Assembly (NCBI RefSeq): GCF_018350175.1
Contig: NC_058368.1
Coordinates: 76,324,001 to 76,388,000, forward strand
Length of the DNA stretch: 64,000 bases
Direction: 5' to 3'
Origin: Felis catus
Lineage: Eukaryota
A program made the position numbers and the translations under genes. Of this stretch, positions 38,265-51,639 are shown piece by piece; the stretch's first letter is position 1, and the number at the start of each line of letters is the position of its first letter. The notes beneath the pieces are model-generated. The model did no database searches. It was not told the DNA's origin and saw only the letters and a program-made list of their open reading frames with translations.

Positions 38265-38960
38265 TTTTTTTAATTTTTGTTGATAAAGCATATCTTGAAC
38301 TGCAAAGACTTTAAATATAGGGTTTGCAGAGTTCTGACAAACGCCATTTCTCATGTGACAATACCCCAATCAAGTTAGAGAAATTTCTATCACCCAGAAA
38401 TGTTTCTCTTGCACTTTCTTCTACCCTCCTGCCAAGAAAACCACTAGTCTAACAAGCTTTTGTTACCGTAATGTGGTTCGAGTTGTTCTGGAACATCGTA
38501 TGAATGAACGCACACAGTGTGTTCTATTTTGTGTCTAGCTTCTTTGCCAGATTTGTCCATGGCATACAGTTGTCCATGTGTGCCATTTTCCCTCCTAGTG
38601 TAGGGTTTTCCTCTGTTCTATCATCATACCATTGTTCGCTTATCCATTTGTTGGATCGTCTTTAAGATCTTATTAATAAAGTTGCAGTGAACATTTGTGT
38701 CTTATTCTCATATATTTTCATTTTCCTTAAATATCTAGGAGTGCAATGGCTGGGTAATAAATTAGGTGAACGTTCAACTTTTAAGAACTTGCCAAACAGT
38801 TCACGGAAGCACTGACACCTGTTTGCACCACCAGCAGCAATGGATAGTCCAGATCCTCACCAACATTGGGATTTGCCCATCTTTTTCAAATTTTAGCCTG
38901 TTCAGTAGGTGGGTAGAGGTGTCTCTTGCAGCTATAATTTGCTTTTCAAGTAAGGATACC
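38265..38960 (-). mobile_element. Ancient LINE-1 3' end (L1MC/L1ME-like)
   Basis: ctaggagtg.aat.gctgggt...ttgccaaacagtt...caccagca...atcctcaccaaca; minus-strand ORF contains IHCCWWCKQV (ORF2 C-terminal motif relic). Confidence 0.8.
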
Positions 38961-39089
38961 TGTAAATGGATATGTAGTCTCCACAAAATGAATTTTTTAA
39001 CCAAAAGCAAGACTGGAGAGAGAGAGTATTGGGGTTGACTGTAATATAGACTTTTAAGATAGAGAATATAAATGGAATGAGAAATTGTT

Positions 39090-39282
39090 AGTTTGAGAGC
39101 ATGCATGTGAGATAGAGAGAGAGTGGTGGGTGGGGAGAGAGAGAGGGAAAGGGAAAATCCCAAGCAGGCTCTGCACTGTCAGCATAGCGCCCAATGCTGG
39201 GCTCCATCTTATGAACCCTGAGATCATGACCTGAGCCAAAATCAAGAGTCAGATGCTAACCGACTGGGCCGCCCAAGTGCCC
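39090..39282 (-). mobile_element. Can-SINE
   Basis: gagatcatgacctgagccaaaatcaagagtc...gcccaagtgccc. Confidence 0.92.
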
Positions 39283-41469
39283 TAGAAATTATTTTCTAAG
39301 GCATCAAGTAGGGGGATGGGAATTATAAAGGAGTAGGCTGAGAATGGTGGGCAGAGCCTGGGTCAAATCCTGAAACTGAAGTTTAGAGAAGGGAAATGAC
39401 CTAGTAGAGAAGGGAGGCATGGTTCAAGAGTTCAAGGTTTCTGACATGTCCAGGTGATGACAATATCTAGGTTTTAGTACAGAGACAGTTTGCTAAAGGA
39501 CAGAGAAGAGAGATGTCATTTGAAGTGAAGGAAGTCAAAGATTTGTACCGTTCAGGCATCGGCTCTACTGTATCATGAGAATTCATAAGCAGACTGTCAA
39601 ACGTTATGACCTGGAGAGTGAAGGCAGTTGGATATTAATTTTCAAGAGAAGCTCTCTGGCTCATAGAGCTCTGTCTCCTAACGCCACGATACAGCAGAGA
39701 ATTGGGGCCATAGACAGAATCTTCTGAGATGTCTCCCTGTATATGAAATGTGTGGGACCCTGCGAGTGAGAACAGAAGTCGCTTATACAACTACTCTCTC
39801 CCCACGGCCCTAGAAAAACCCAGAACACACATGGGACCACCCTTTCTATACAACCTGGAAGCGATTACCGGTCTTCATTTCGCCAGAGAGAATGCGCTCA
39901 ATATGAAGCCGTAACGTTAAGTCACGTACAAGAATTGTTTGATATACTTGTTCACATTTGTTAATCTTCATGACTCTGAGAGGTTAGGAGTAAGTTGTGA
40001 TCGCAGAGCAAATGTCCGGGTGGCGTTCTAGGAGGACGCTCAACGAAGATCAAACAACACTACTGCTTGTTCTGGCCAGGACCAGGCTGGGCCACCATTC
40101 AGACGCTGGCATGAGACCCAGAGGACCTTCGTTATTCATTAGAATCAGAAAGCCAGTTTTGCTGGCAACAGCCTAAAGGGGCCAATTAGGACGGGATGGA
40201 TAAACACCCCCATTCTCATTGGTGCTGCCTCATGTTGACGCATGGCCGTGGTGACAGCAAGTTAATGTATTCATGGCACCCCCTGGAACGTATTGGAAAA
40301 GACTCATCATCCCTCTGATTCTGCTAAATACAATCCTAGAAATGCTTTTTTAATTTTATCCACTTACTTGAAGTAGCTTATTCAATTGTACAACGAGCAA
40401 GGCAAAAATTAATATCTCGACTTGTCAAGAAAGGATTTGGAGCCATTTAGACATTCTAAAGGAGTTTTTGTTGTTTTGATTTGCATCAGACTGCTCTGTT
40501 TCTGAGGCTACCATTCAAACACCTTCCTGGTTTTCCTCACTCTATTATTAAATGGTATCGATACCCCATCCCTGAATGCGACCATCATTGGAGAGTAAGA
40601 AGGTGGGGGTGAGCCAAGAGTGGATGGCTAACTTGTAAAAAATGAAACCACCAACACATCTTAATAAACATCCCTTTTGGTGATGATTTTATTACAGCCT
40701 AATGGAGACATGCTGATTTTTAATAAACTATTTTCCTATGTTGGGTCATAGGTTTTCGACATTACAATTCCACAAGAAAGTTTTAGGTTTTGATCACTAT
40801 TTTGAAGTTTCAATTTTTAAAAAGGCCGTCGAGAACATTTTTATTTTGACGTAGATCTGACTCCCATATCTGAATAATGCACATAAGCAACACAGAGTCA
40901 GGGGACCTGCCATTCTAGGTCATGCTCACATTTTGCATGCATGCGAACACTCTCCCTTCACAATCTCACTGGTGGGTGATAAATTAAAAGGAGATTTACA
41001 TTGTCAATTAAGTCAGAATTCACTTTTAATACATCACAAAAATGGAACAAGTCTTGAGAGAAGACAGTATAAAATGACTTTCAAATTCTGAATTGCCTTC
41101 CATCTCTGGCAGGAATTGCCTTGAGGAAGGAATGTTTGTGGATTTCCACTGTGGAAAGGTACCAGCCCAGTCCGTTGTACAAGACGGCCTCACCTGGTTT
41201 CAAAAGCTCCTTCAAGGCTTATTTCTGCCATGGGACTGGCCACACAAGTTCCTACCATGCCACACCTTCCCATGAAAAGCTTACCGTAATTCAGTAACCG
41301 GGTACATCAAGCTAAACTCGGCTCACCGGCATTAACAATGTGATAATTGCCAACCAAATCTTCTTCATCCCATTTTGGGGGAAATCAAATGGAAGACGCG
41401 GTCCCTTCTTTTCTGAAATATGGAATGATCATGGGGCTGACTCCAGTGAATGGAAATGACATGGAAGTC

Positions 41470-41995
41470 ATAGTTTCCTCCCAAACTGGAAACAAGTCAA
41501 ATGTCCATTGGCAGGGGAATGGGTAAGTAACTGCACACTCGTACCATGGAACATTACTCAGCACTGAGGTAACTGATGATTTATAAATGCAGCAGCCTGG
41601 AAGAATCTCAAAATATTACCGAGTGAAAGAAGTCCACAAAAAAAGCTACATACTGTATTAATCCGTTAACATAAAACACCGGAAGATAAAAACTAACCTA
41701 AAAATGTTTTCTAATTTTATATATTTTATTTTATATATTTCTATTTTATAAAAATAAAAACTAATCTAAAACAACAAAAAACAGATGAGTGGTTCTCAGG
41801 AAGAGGATGGAAAAGAACGGGAGGGCACCTTTATAAAGGGGTCTGGGAAAACTTTGGGGTACAATGGTAGGTTCTCTGCCTCGACTATGATGATGTTTCC
41901 ATAGGTTTATACAAAATCAAAATTTACCACATTGTACACCTTAAAGACGTGTTGTTTATTGCATACCAAGTATACTTAGTTAAAGCTATTTAAAA
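41470..41995 (+). mobile_element. Ancient LINE-1 3' end (L1ME-like)
   Basis: aaactggaaacaa.tcaaatgtcca...gaatctcaaaa..tt..gagtgaaagaag...ttgtacacctta...aaagct. Confidence 0.8.
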
Positions 41996-42007
41996 AGAGC
42001 TAGGTAG

Positions 42008-42220
42008 AGGTGCCTGGGTGCCTCAGTCAGTTAAGCTTCTGACCTCATCTCAGGTCATGATCTCACGGTTCGTGAGTTCGAGACCCGAGTCGAGCTCTGG
42101 GCTGACACCTCGAAGTCTGCTTGGTATTCTCTCTCCCTCTCTCTCTGCCCCTCCCCCACTCACAGTGTCTCTCTTTCTCTCTCTCAAAAATAAACACACA
42201 TTAAAAAAACAAACAAACAA
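42008..42220 (+). mobile_element. Can-SINE
   Basis: ggtgcctgggtgcctcagtcagttaagc head, body, (AAAC)n tail. Confidence 0.95.
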
Positions 42221-43251
42221 CTATCTACCAGAGCAAAAGGCAGGTGAGAGTATATCCAAGGCATTTAAAATGGCCAATGTCAAGATTTGGTGTACAAAGG
42301 TGCATATGCGTATGTTCAGCGTTTGAAACTTAGGGTAGAAACTTGATGCTTCTCTGCGTCTCCTTATATCAAGTCCAGATCCCATACTTCCGCTCAGATT
42401 TTATCTACGATGGCTCCCAATTCACATACGCCCACACTGAACTACCCACTGTCTCTTAGATGATGATGCAATTTCCTATGCGCTACCCGTGTTTATCATT
42501 CACCTTTCTTCTACTTTCTCCCTGTGCATAACACTCAAAGGAACGTCTCATCCTTTCTGGTATCTTCTCAAATTGTGTTCTCATTTTTAAAAATTTTCTA
42601 GTTCCAATAAGGCAAGGATGCTTTCATCCATCCTGTGTGCCCCTCAACTACCCTGGCGCGTCAGCAGCTGTTAGGGATCCTCCGGCAGGTGAGTGGATGA
42701 AATAATACGTGAATGAATAATCTGATTAAAACATTTGTAAAAAAAGAAATTACTTGTAGCAAGATAAATGTGAGAGCACTTCAAATTGAGTACTTCTGAA
42801 TGTCATAGTAATCCCACAGGATGGTGTTACAAATAAAGAAATCGAGGCTCAAAAGATGGATGAGTTTTGGGAGGCCATGGGGCTGACACACGACACAGTT
42901 GGGAGCGCAAGTCAGGTTTGCTCCTGTTTCGAAGTCTGCACTGGGCAAGTGGCAAAGGAATCCTCGTCTTCGCCCCGATACAGGGTTTTTTCAACCTGCA
43001 CATATGCCCTTCGCCGCACTGATGTCACTGTTTATATTCTAGACTCCAACTTCTTCATCTCCAACTCTCAACTTTTCTTCAAGACACTTGAAGTTTGGCT
43101 TCAGATGCAGGCACATACTTGGGTGTCAGCACGATGGATGGGCCCTGAACATTGTCCTCGACGCACACGCACCTGGACCTTCAGAAGACCCCACCGTTTT
43201 TAACACTTTCAAGCCACATGCCATCTTTCTTCAGGATTGAAAGGTATACTT

Positions 43252-43445
43252 TGGGAGCACCTGGGGGGGTCGGTGCTCAGTTGCTTAAGCTTCCACCTTC
43301 AGCTCGGGTCACAATCTCACAGTCGGAGAGTTCGAGCCCCGCGTCGGGCTCGCTGCTGTCAGCCCAGAGCCCACTTCCAATCCTCTGTCCCCCACTTTCT
43401 CTGCTCCTCTTCCCCTCTTTCAAAAATGAATAAACATTTTTTAAA
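43252..43445 (+). mobile_element. Can-SINE
   Basis: gggagcacctggg...gagttcgagccccgcgtcgggctc...aataaacattt. Confidence 0.93.
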
Positions 43446-43739
43446 GTATACGTTCAACAGAACATGTAACATATTTAACAGAAGCAGAGGACACAGAGAT
43501 GAGATGGCTACACATTCCCTAAGGACTATTTCAAAGACACGTGTGGGCTCTCACTGAGACAACACGGGTTGCATGGTAAGGAGGAACGATGGTGTCAGCG
43601 AACTGATGGCTATTTGAGGTTTCCGCAGAAATACAGTAACGAAAAGATCGTTCGAGAAGATAAATGCAGACACTCTGAGAACGCGGTGTAACTGCAGAGC
43701 CTGTAATGAGGCATGCCTTCAGCACCTGGCCGGTTGCTC

Positions 43740-44255
43740 AAGCTAGATGCCAGAAGTCACATTGAACTTCCTTCTCTCCCTCAACCGCCACATCCTTCTC
43801 CGACAGCTGACACCACCTGCAGGTCTCCTCTGGATCTGGCATCGCCTCTATTCCTATGCAAGGCCCCCGCCCACTCCGGCTATCACCTTGTGTCCCCTGA
43901 GGCGTTCATGGCCTTCTAATCGGCTTAGACAAGTCCACTCTTGACTTCCACTCTCCACCTGGAAGACAAGGTGATCCTTTCAAAATACAAAGCAGGCTGT
44001 GCTGCCTGCCACCTGCTTAAACCCCAAAGGCCTTCCGTCAAGCACAGGATGAAATCCGAACTCCTCACCATGTCTCACAAGACCCAGTGTGGTCCGTCTG
44101 GCCCCGGTGACCTCCAGGGCTCAGCTCCCTGTCCCTGCCTGGAAGGGACATTTGAGTGCCACGAGGTGGTCCCAAAGCAAGCATGGTTCCCGCTCATAGC
44201 AGAGCAGCTCAGTGCCTGTCTCCTTATACCAAATCGTTCTGCAGCATTGTTCACT
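43740..44255 (+). mobile_element. L2 relic
   Basis: gtgatcctttcaaaatacaaa...cctgcttaaa...aggatgaaatcc.aactcct matches the L2a-type 3' region. Confidence 0.65.
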
Positions 44256-44261
44256 TCATGA

Positions 44262-44268
44262 CGTTTTC

Positions 44269-44307
<39 letters not shown>

Positions 44308-44463
44308 TGGGACAGGGACAGAGCAGGAAGGAGAGAGAACCGCAAGTAGGCTCCCTGCTCAGCACCATAGCCCAACATGGGGCTCGATCCCGTGACCCTG
44401 GGATCATGACCTGAGCCGAAATCAAGAGTCAGACATTCAACCAACTGAGCCACGCAGGCTCCC
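44262..44463 (-). mobile_element. Can-SINE
   Basis: (GA)n, gggatcatgacctgagccgaaatcaagagtc; short TSD acttc(a/g)tga. Confidence 0.93.
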
Positions 44464-45275
44464 TACTTCGTGATCTTTTCTGAGTCAAGGCACTTAGAGT
44501 TTCTATCTTTGGTCTAGTTGGTTTTAAAGTGTTCCTGAACACTGTGGTTAATATCCTTCTCTTTGCCACTTGTAGAATCTCTGGGACTCTCATTCTAGAC
44601 TCAGGGCACCCTGGTGTCTGGGGGCTTAGATAAGAGGAACTTATAGTCCAGAGTTCCAGGATGCTCCCCCACCTGACACACAGGCTTCGACCTTGGACCC
44701 AATTCTGTGCCTGCTTCTAGGCTGTGGTTGCCTGTCTAGGGCCTCAATTTCAGTATCCAGCATGGGGACTGCAGGGCTCCTAACAGGTGAGACTTTGTTG
44801 ACGCCGACCTTCTTGAATTCCCACATATGATCTTCTCAGGAGCTTCCAGGCACTGGACCCCATTGTCTTGTCCATCTCAAGAATCCACTCCTCTTCTTAA
44901 ACCATCCCACTTTTGTTTAGTAATAGTTTATTCTAATATTCTTGGATATACTTAATGCTACACATCTAAGAGTACATTTATTTCCACTCTTAGAAGTTAT
45001 TGTTATAATTAGATCAAAACATACTACTGTCAATATTAACATGTAATTGGGTCTTGTAACAAATGTTAGAGTGCAATATTTTACTAAAGCATGCTCTATC
45101 ATGTTTCCTCTGGGCAAGACAAACAACGTGGTTTATGCGAAAGTAGTATTAAGTAGAAAATAATACTAAGGTGGTATTTGCTAAATATTCTAAACTAAAA
45201 CATTGATCCTAACATATAGTGTGAATTTAACTCAGATGTGAAAAAAACAAAGTCAACTTAAAGCTATGTGATTAT

Positions 45276-45473
45276 GGGACACCTGGGTGGCTCAGTCAGT
45301 TAAGCATCCGACCCTTGATTTCTGCTCGGGTCACGACCTCACAGTTCATGGGATTGAGCCCCACGTTGGGCTCTGTGCTGACAGTATGGAGCTTGCCTGA
45401 GATTCTCTCTCCCTATAACCCTCCCTGATTCACCCCACCCAAAATAAATAAATATTAAAAATAAAATAAAACA
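45276..45473 (+). mobile_element. Can-SINE (first unit of head-to-tail pair)
   Basis: gggacacctgggtggctcagtc head through A-rich tail. Confidence 0.95.
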
Positions 45474-45665
45474 GGGGTGCCTGGGTGGCTCAGTCAGTTG
45501 AGTGTCTGACTTCAGCTCATGATCTCACAGTTGGTGGGTCAAGCCCCGCATCAGTCTCTGTGCTGACAGCTCAGTCTGGAGCCTACTTCAGATTCTGTGT
45601 CTCCTTCTCTCTCTGTCCCTCCCAAACGTTAAAATTAATTAATTAATTAATTAAATTAAAAAAAA
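45474..45665 (+). mobile_element. Can-SINE (second unit, starts directly after the first tail)
   Basis: ggggtgcctgggtggctcagtc head; (TTAA)n tail. Confidence 0.95.
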
Positions 45666-47101
45666 TTAAGTCGTGTGGTTCAATTTCAAAATATCTACAT
45701 CAGTATTTAATGGATTAATCCATAGCTAATGATGTGCGTAAAAACAGAAATTTCCTACCACCCTATTTCGGACTAAAGTAAAAAAAAAAAAAATCCTAGA
45801 AGATTTAAAAAGTAACCATAAATCACAAAGCCAGATACTTTTCAAAAGCCTTCCAGAAACTTGAGATAGTCTGAAAAAGTCAATAACAATGGCCCAGAAT
45901 CTGTGATACTGGGATACTTACGTGTAGTTTTATCTAAATTTAGTTTAATCTCTTCTTCTAGTGAAACCTGACACAAAGCTTAGACTGTCTACCACATGTG
46001 ATGTACCAGCCGTCTCGTGCTAGCATGACATCTCTATTAAGATTGTAAATTCCCCAAGGACAGTATTCCCTTAGGTAACTTGTTCCAATATATTCTTAAG
46101 TTTGATCTCAGCTGTCACTCAAAAGGACCAAGAAGATTTCTAAAATTAAAAATTAGAACCCAATTAATCTTTAGCATAACGTCAACACGTTTCATATTTC
46201 CTCCAGTGAGCCAAGAAATTTTGGAAGGTGACATCATGTCTGCGAAAATGTCACACCCGGCAGGAAAGATTCTTTGACTAATTAGAGTAGCCCCTTCGAG
46301 GTGATACTGTGCAGAAAAAGTGTTGAAAACGTACAGTTGTCCAAAAAGGGATGGATCAGTTCACTGTTCTTCCACATTACCCAGTATTTTAAATCCATTC
46401 TCAGGAACCCACAATCTCGTGAAACCACTCTGTTTGGGGGCAACAGAGGCCACAGAGATGATATGGTTATCTTCCTGCTTCCCAGTATATCAATGAGAAC
46501 ACAGTGAGAGAAGCAACGAGTAGCTACAGATCTAAGGCAATGAAAATTAAGTGTAGCAAATGGTTATTCTCATTGTTGGAAAGACCAGTGAATTTTTGGC
46601 CCATTGCAGTTCTAGAGGGCTGAACACAAATCCTCGTTTCCTTTCATGCTACTTGTCCTGAGAAGAAGAAACCAAAGAGAGAACCATCGCTCAGATGTAG
46701 TTAAAAAAAGGCCAGCTCCTTGAATCCCAATAAAATATCATTGTGCAGTGTGATTTATTAAAAGATTAATTGATTTCTGGCTGCAAGATAGTATAAGTTG
46801 GTCAAAATGATATTAAACAGCGTAAATGTGTTGTTAAAGACCTTGCTTTATGTTTATGTCATTGCTAAAATAAACATGAAATAAAGGCGAGGGTTAATAT
46901 AGGAAATCTTTCTTTTTTTTTCTTAGGATTAATTTGTTCTTAGAGAAATATTGCCAAAAACCAATGTGTTCCAGTTACTAGGTCCATCTCATCTCTTCAA
47001 GAAAATAAATACGCTTTTAAAAATAGCATGTGTTGGTATTTTGAAAAGCTTAAATAATTCATAAAGTATACATTATGTGTTCCCTCTCTTAGTTATCTCA
47101 C

Positions 47102-47350
47102 CTTTTATTTTGTTTAAGTTTATTTTGAGAGAGAGAGTGTGAAAGCGGGGGACGGGGTGGGGGGGAGGAGAGAGAGAGAGGGAGAGAGACAATAAACGAA
47201 TGAATGAATGATTGAATGAATATCCCAAACAGTCTCCACACGGTCAGTGCAGAGCCTGATTCAGGGCTCGAACTCATGAACCCATGAGATCATGACCTGC
47301 GCCAAAATCAAGAGCTGGATGCTCAACCAATTGGGCCACCGAAGCGTCCC
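47102..47350 (-). mobile_element. Can-SINE with internal (GAAT)n
   Basis: T tail, gagatcatgacctg.gccaaaatcaagag, reverse head. Confidence 0.92.
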
Positions 47351-47389
47351 TATCATCTCATCTTCTATAATATAAACAGACTTCTTCGT

Positions 47390-48200
47390 GATTAACTCTG
47401 ACATTTACTTATACACTGACCCCTCTCCAAAAGTTGGCCCTACATTTCCAGCCGCCCACTCGCACCTCCACCTGGCTGCCTCATGCACACTCCTCATGAC
47501 AGCGCTGGTGGCTGGGCTCACCACCTTCCTCCCCAAGACCACAGGTCTCCCTCCAGCTCCCATCCTGTCTTCCCCCCAGGACCAAGTTCAACACCTGGCC
47601 TTCCATGACCCTGCTTCCACAGTCCTCCGTGCCCATCTTGCCCTCATGTCCACGGCACTCCCTGCTTCAGGCCCCCACTCATAGTCCTCGCTCATCTCAG
47701 TCAGGACCGTCTTCTCCTAGGTTGTCCCACGAACTCCACTCCTTTCCTCTCCAGTCAGGCCGGCCCCTGTCTTCTAGTTGGTCCTCAAAATGTACCAGTT
47801 CTGCCCACTTGTCCTCTAACACCTGTGCTAGCGATCACAGCCCGGGCTCCCAACCACAGCTTCTCAGGCCTGGTGTGATCTAACTTCGTAGATTATTTTC
47901 CAAGACTTCCTTCGACCTTCCAAAGCCACAGCTTGTCACATTTTGCCTTCCTGCCTCCCTATATTGCTTTTGTAGCTGCTTAGATGTGTAGATACCCAGA
48001 CACTCCACATCCTTCAGGCCCCACTCAAATGCCACTTTTTCCATGACCTTCCAGTCTTGAATGGCTCTTTTCCAGGTTGCAATGGCAAGGTAATGTTACT
48101 ACTTCTGTCACTTACCATTTTCCATCTTGTGCCATCATCATTTCTCTACGGATTCCAGCTTCCCCCCACCAGAATGTAAATTTCCTGAACGACAGTATCT
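47390..48200 (+). mobile_element. L2 relic(s)
   Basis: Pyrimidine-rich L2-like text (atccttcaggcccca.ctcaaatgccac, cagaatgtaaattt). Confidence 0.5.
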
Positions 48201-49052
48201 TCGTAACTTTTCTGCCCCATTTGTCTTAGAGATGAAAAGAAAATACTTATTCAGTTAAAGATGGTCTTTCTCCTATCATAAACACAGTGCATCATTTTTA
48301 ACTCTAACAAGGGATTGCGATTTACTGGTTTTCATCAAGGAAGAAGTCGATTCTTCAAGGGTTGTCTTATTGTCAGAAAGAGTCCATTGAAATAAAAACA
48401 CCCATAGTGCCTTATAGCCGTGATAAACAGGAAACCTACGAATACTTTCACACGAAGCTGAGGGCACTCTGGTCTGCCCGAGACTTTGCTTGTTCTTCCC
48501 ATGTTTTACAAAGCATGACCTTAAAATTAGGAGATTGATTCCACAAGCCAAATAGGAAAATTGGAGTAATTATTTAATGGGCATATATCAAATGATACCC
48601 AAACATCGTAACCACTGTGATTAAGAACATTAAGTGAAGGATGAAGATCTACTGAACAGAAACACTTAGCCATATGGGAAGGAAATGAGGTACTAATACG
48701 CATGGGCTCAAATAAATCACGTCCTAATAGAAGTGAAGTGGGTTCTAACGATCATTACCATTCCTTCCCTCCAGTTAGAGATGGCGCCTCCCCCCAACCT
48801 GAGGAATAATCTTCCAGCCTCTTCTGGCGTATTGTTCATGATAAGAAGCTAACCACCTTTACAGCAGCCCTTTGTGTTACTTATACGATTTAAGCAATCG
48901 TAAATGCCATCCTTATGTCTTCGAAAATTCACCAAACTTTGTTGCCAGTCCCGCATCTCTAGAGAAAAGTACAAAGTACGTTCTAGTGTGTTTTCACAAA
49001 ATGCTTTCAAAACTATCAAGACAGCGATTGTGTTTAAGAAACAACCTCCTTG

Positions 49053-49253
49053 CAGGCACCTGGGGGACTCAGTCAGTTAAGCGTCTGACGTCGGCTCAGG
49101 TCCTGATCTCATGGTTCATGGGTTCGAGCCCCGCGTCGGGCTCTGTGCTGACAGCTCAGAGCCTGGAGCCTGCTTTGGATTCTGTGTCTCCCTCTCTCTC
49201 TGCCTCTCCTCCACTCGCTGTCTCTCTCAAAAATAAACATTAAAAAAAAAAAA
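49053..49253 (+). mobile_element. Can-SINE
   Basis: ggcacctgggggactcagtcagttaagcg head; flanks end in cctcctt on both sides. Confidence 0.96.
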
Positions 49254-50745
49254 CCCTCCTTTCTTTCAATGGTTATTATTTTATACTATCCATGCCATAC
49301 CCCATCCTGGTCAATTTCCCCTAACATGCTCCATTTTGTTTATTCATTTGGTGCTCATTTGCTGAGCAGTTTACAAGCATTAGCCTCTCCACCTGAGGGG
49401 GATTCAAAGATGGACAAGGTGATTTACTTGCAAATACAGACTTCTTTATTTCTAATGCCATTATTCCATTATACTTGCACTGGGAATCTCAGATCATTTG
49501 TTTTTATCTGGACAACTGCAGGTGTGACAGCCAACTTTGAAATATGTGGGTCTGAGAATTCTTCCAAAAATGTGCCATTGGCCAAAAGTTCCAAGAAAAA
49601 CTAATATTCCGTATAAAACCCCGGTGAAAGTTTAAAGCATGTCATATATACTCAAAGAATACATTACTTAGTATATGTGTGTGGCCTCTGTGGAATGCAA
49701 ATACGCAAAAGCTATCTTTTAATATTTGCCCCACATATGATAAGGTTAAAAAAAAAATCTGTGCCATGTGTTCATTCCTGATTTTGATTTGGCCACCTGT
49801 ACTGTGAGAGCACGTCCAACAGTTGGCAGAGAGAGTCCATCTGAGCATAAGAAAACATCCAAGTGTGGCTAGATTTTGCAGAGGAAGGGACTTCTTCCAA
49901 GGATCACATAATATGATATGTGTACCCACTCTTGGGGATGGAAACCAGTTATATATTCTAGCTTTTACTATTTTTTTTAAGCCAAAGCAGAGATGTGATG
50001 AGTCCAGCTCATAAAAATTCAAGAGAATATATATATATTTTTTAACAGATGTGGTGGCCTGCTATTTCAAACAGCTGAATTAGAGTAACTTGGAAGTATA
50101 AATGCAGCTCCCCGACTGCCTCTCTGAAGCCAATCATATAAATGATTTTAATCACCCTGCATAAGTGGGAACCAAAGAACAAAGATGGCGGGGCCATCGC
50201 AATGTCAGTTCCTACCACTGGCTTTCAGGACACAGGTATGTGGCGAGTGAGGTTCTGGACTTTAGACTTCCAGTGGCCTGAGAGCAAAGCCTCTGCTCAG
50301 ACACGCTGGTGGAACCCGTCCAGTGTCCCGTGGTTCTCTGTGTTTCTGCTGCCTCCCCCACTGGCTATGCACCGTGCATTCCTACTACAACGTCAAGAAG
50401 AGGGATCTGATAAGCTCGTAAAATGGTATTAATCATTTATCGTCCCTCCCGGCACTGCTTGCATTTTTACAGGAGTCAAGTGTGTAAAACTTTCATCTCC
50501 GGGGGTGGAATTTCAGGCATGATTGGCAGAGCAGACTGGGGACTCGACGCCCTTTGTGTCACCACCCCCCCCCCCCAGACAGCTCTCCACTCTGCCTATA
50601 GGTAAGGGCAGCTCTGAAGACTGTCATTCTATGGGACTCATGAGATGAAACGGTTATCTTGGGTTCTTAGGTCTTAAGGAAGAAGAGACATATGTAAAAT
50701 TACCCCATAGCATCCTTATCACTAAAATTTTCCCCTTCTTCCCAC

Positions 50746-50833
50746 AAAAAAAATAAAATAAAATAAAATAAAATAAAATAAAATAAAATAAAATAAAATA
50801 AAATAAAATAAAATAAAATAAAATAAAAAAATA
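50746..50833. repeat. (AAAAT)n pentanucleotide microsatellite, no SINE body attached
   Basis: About 15 units read directly. Confidence 0.95.
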
Positions 50834-51353
50834 ATGGATTGGCCATTATATTCTTTTCTGTACTAGAAGGTTCTTCCTCTCAGCTAAGAGCTATGTGTGT
50901 AGACCGTGATGGCATCCTGAGCTCTGTCCACAGACAGACCACAAACCACCTTTGAGGAGCTGGTAGACGGCGGGTGGTTGGACTTGACCTGTGATTAAGG
51001 CTGCATTTCTCCATGAACCAAACACCCTGGTCCAGATCACAACACTTGGTAAACTAGAGGTAACCCTCTGACTCACCGTGCAGTTCCCCCAGCCGCCCCA
51101 TCAGAACCACATGCAACCACGTTTTTTTTTTAAATCACGGTACATGTGGAAGAAATACACTGACATCAAAGTCTTCTGAAAACAGAGGCAAATATATTTA
51201 AGGGGAATTTCTGCTATTTTAAACACTTAAAATAAAGCTGATAACAAAGCACCCACCCCCAAAAGACCAAACTAAATTAATCATGATCTCAAGATTAGAA
51301 ACTAAGCCATATATTAATAAAGGCAAGACATCCATTCAAAGAATAAAACGTGA

Positions 51354-51560
51354 GGGAGCCTGGGCAGCTCAGTTGGTTAAGCATCTGACTCTTCATGTTG
51401 GTTCGGGTCGTGATCCCAGGGTCGTGGGATCAAGCCCTGTGTTGGGCTCCACGCTAAGCATGGAGCCTGCTTGAGATTCTCTCTTTCTCCCTCTGCTCCT
51501 CCCCCACTCACATGGATGCACTTGAATAAAATTTTTAAAAACTTAAAAAAAAAAAAAAAG
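51354..51560 (+). mobile_element. Can-SINE
   Basis: 13-bp TSD caaagaataaaac at 51337-51349 and 51561-51573. Confidence 0.95.
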
Positions 51561-51639
51561 CAAAGAATAAAACACGAACTTCCAGAGAACTAGGCTGTTG
51601 GTGTTTGCGTAGCCCTCAGATACATAGAACGGTTCTTTC

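Noticed and set aside
38247..38275. ggggcac joined to ttaaaaaaatttttttttaa as a collapsed SINE (head plus tail only)
   Set aside because: Too short, no TSD, and the T-run is equally explained by the adjacent old L1 tail.
1524..49243. Family of similar ORFs (MAQSVKRLTSAQV...SSPASGSVLTAQSLEP) recurring across the window
   Set aside because: All are translations of Can-SINE bodies, not a gene family.
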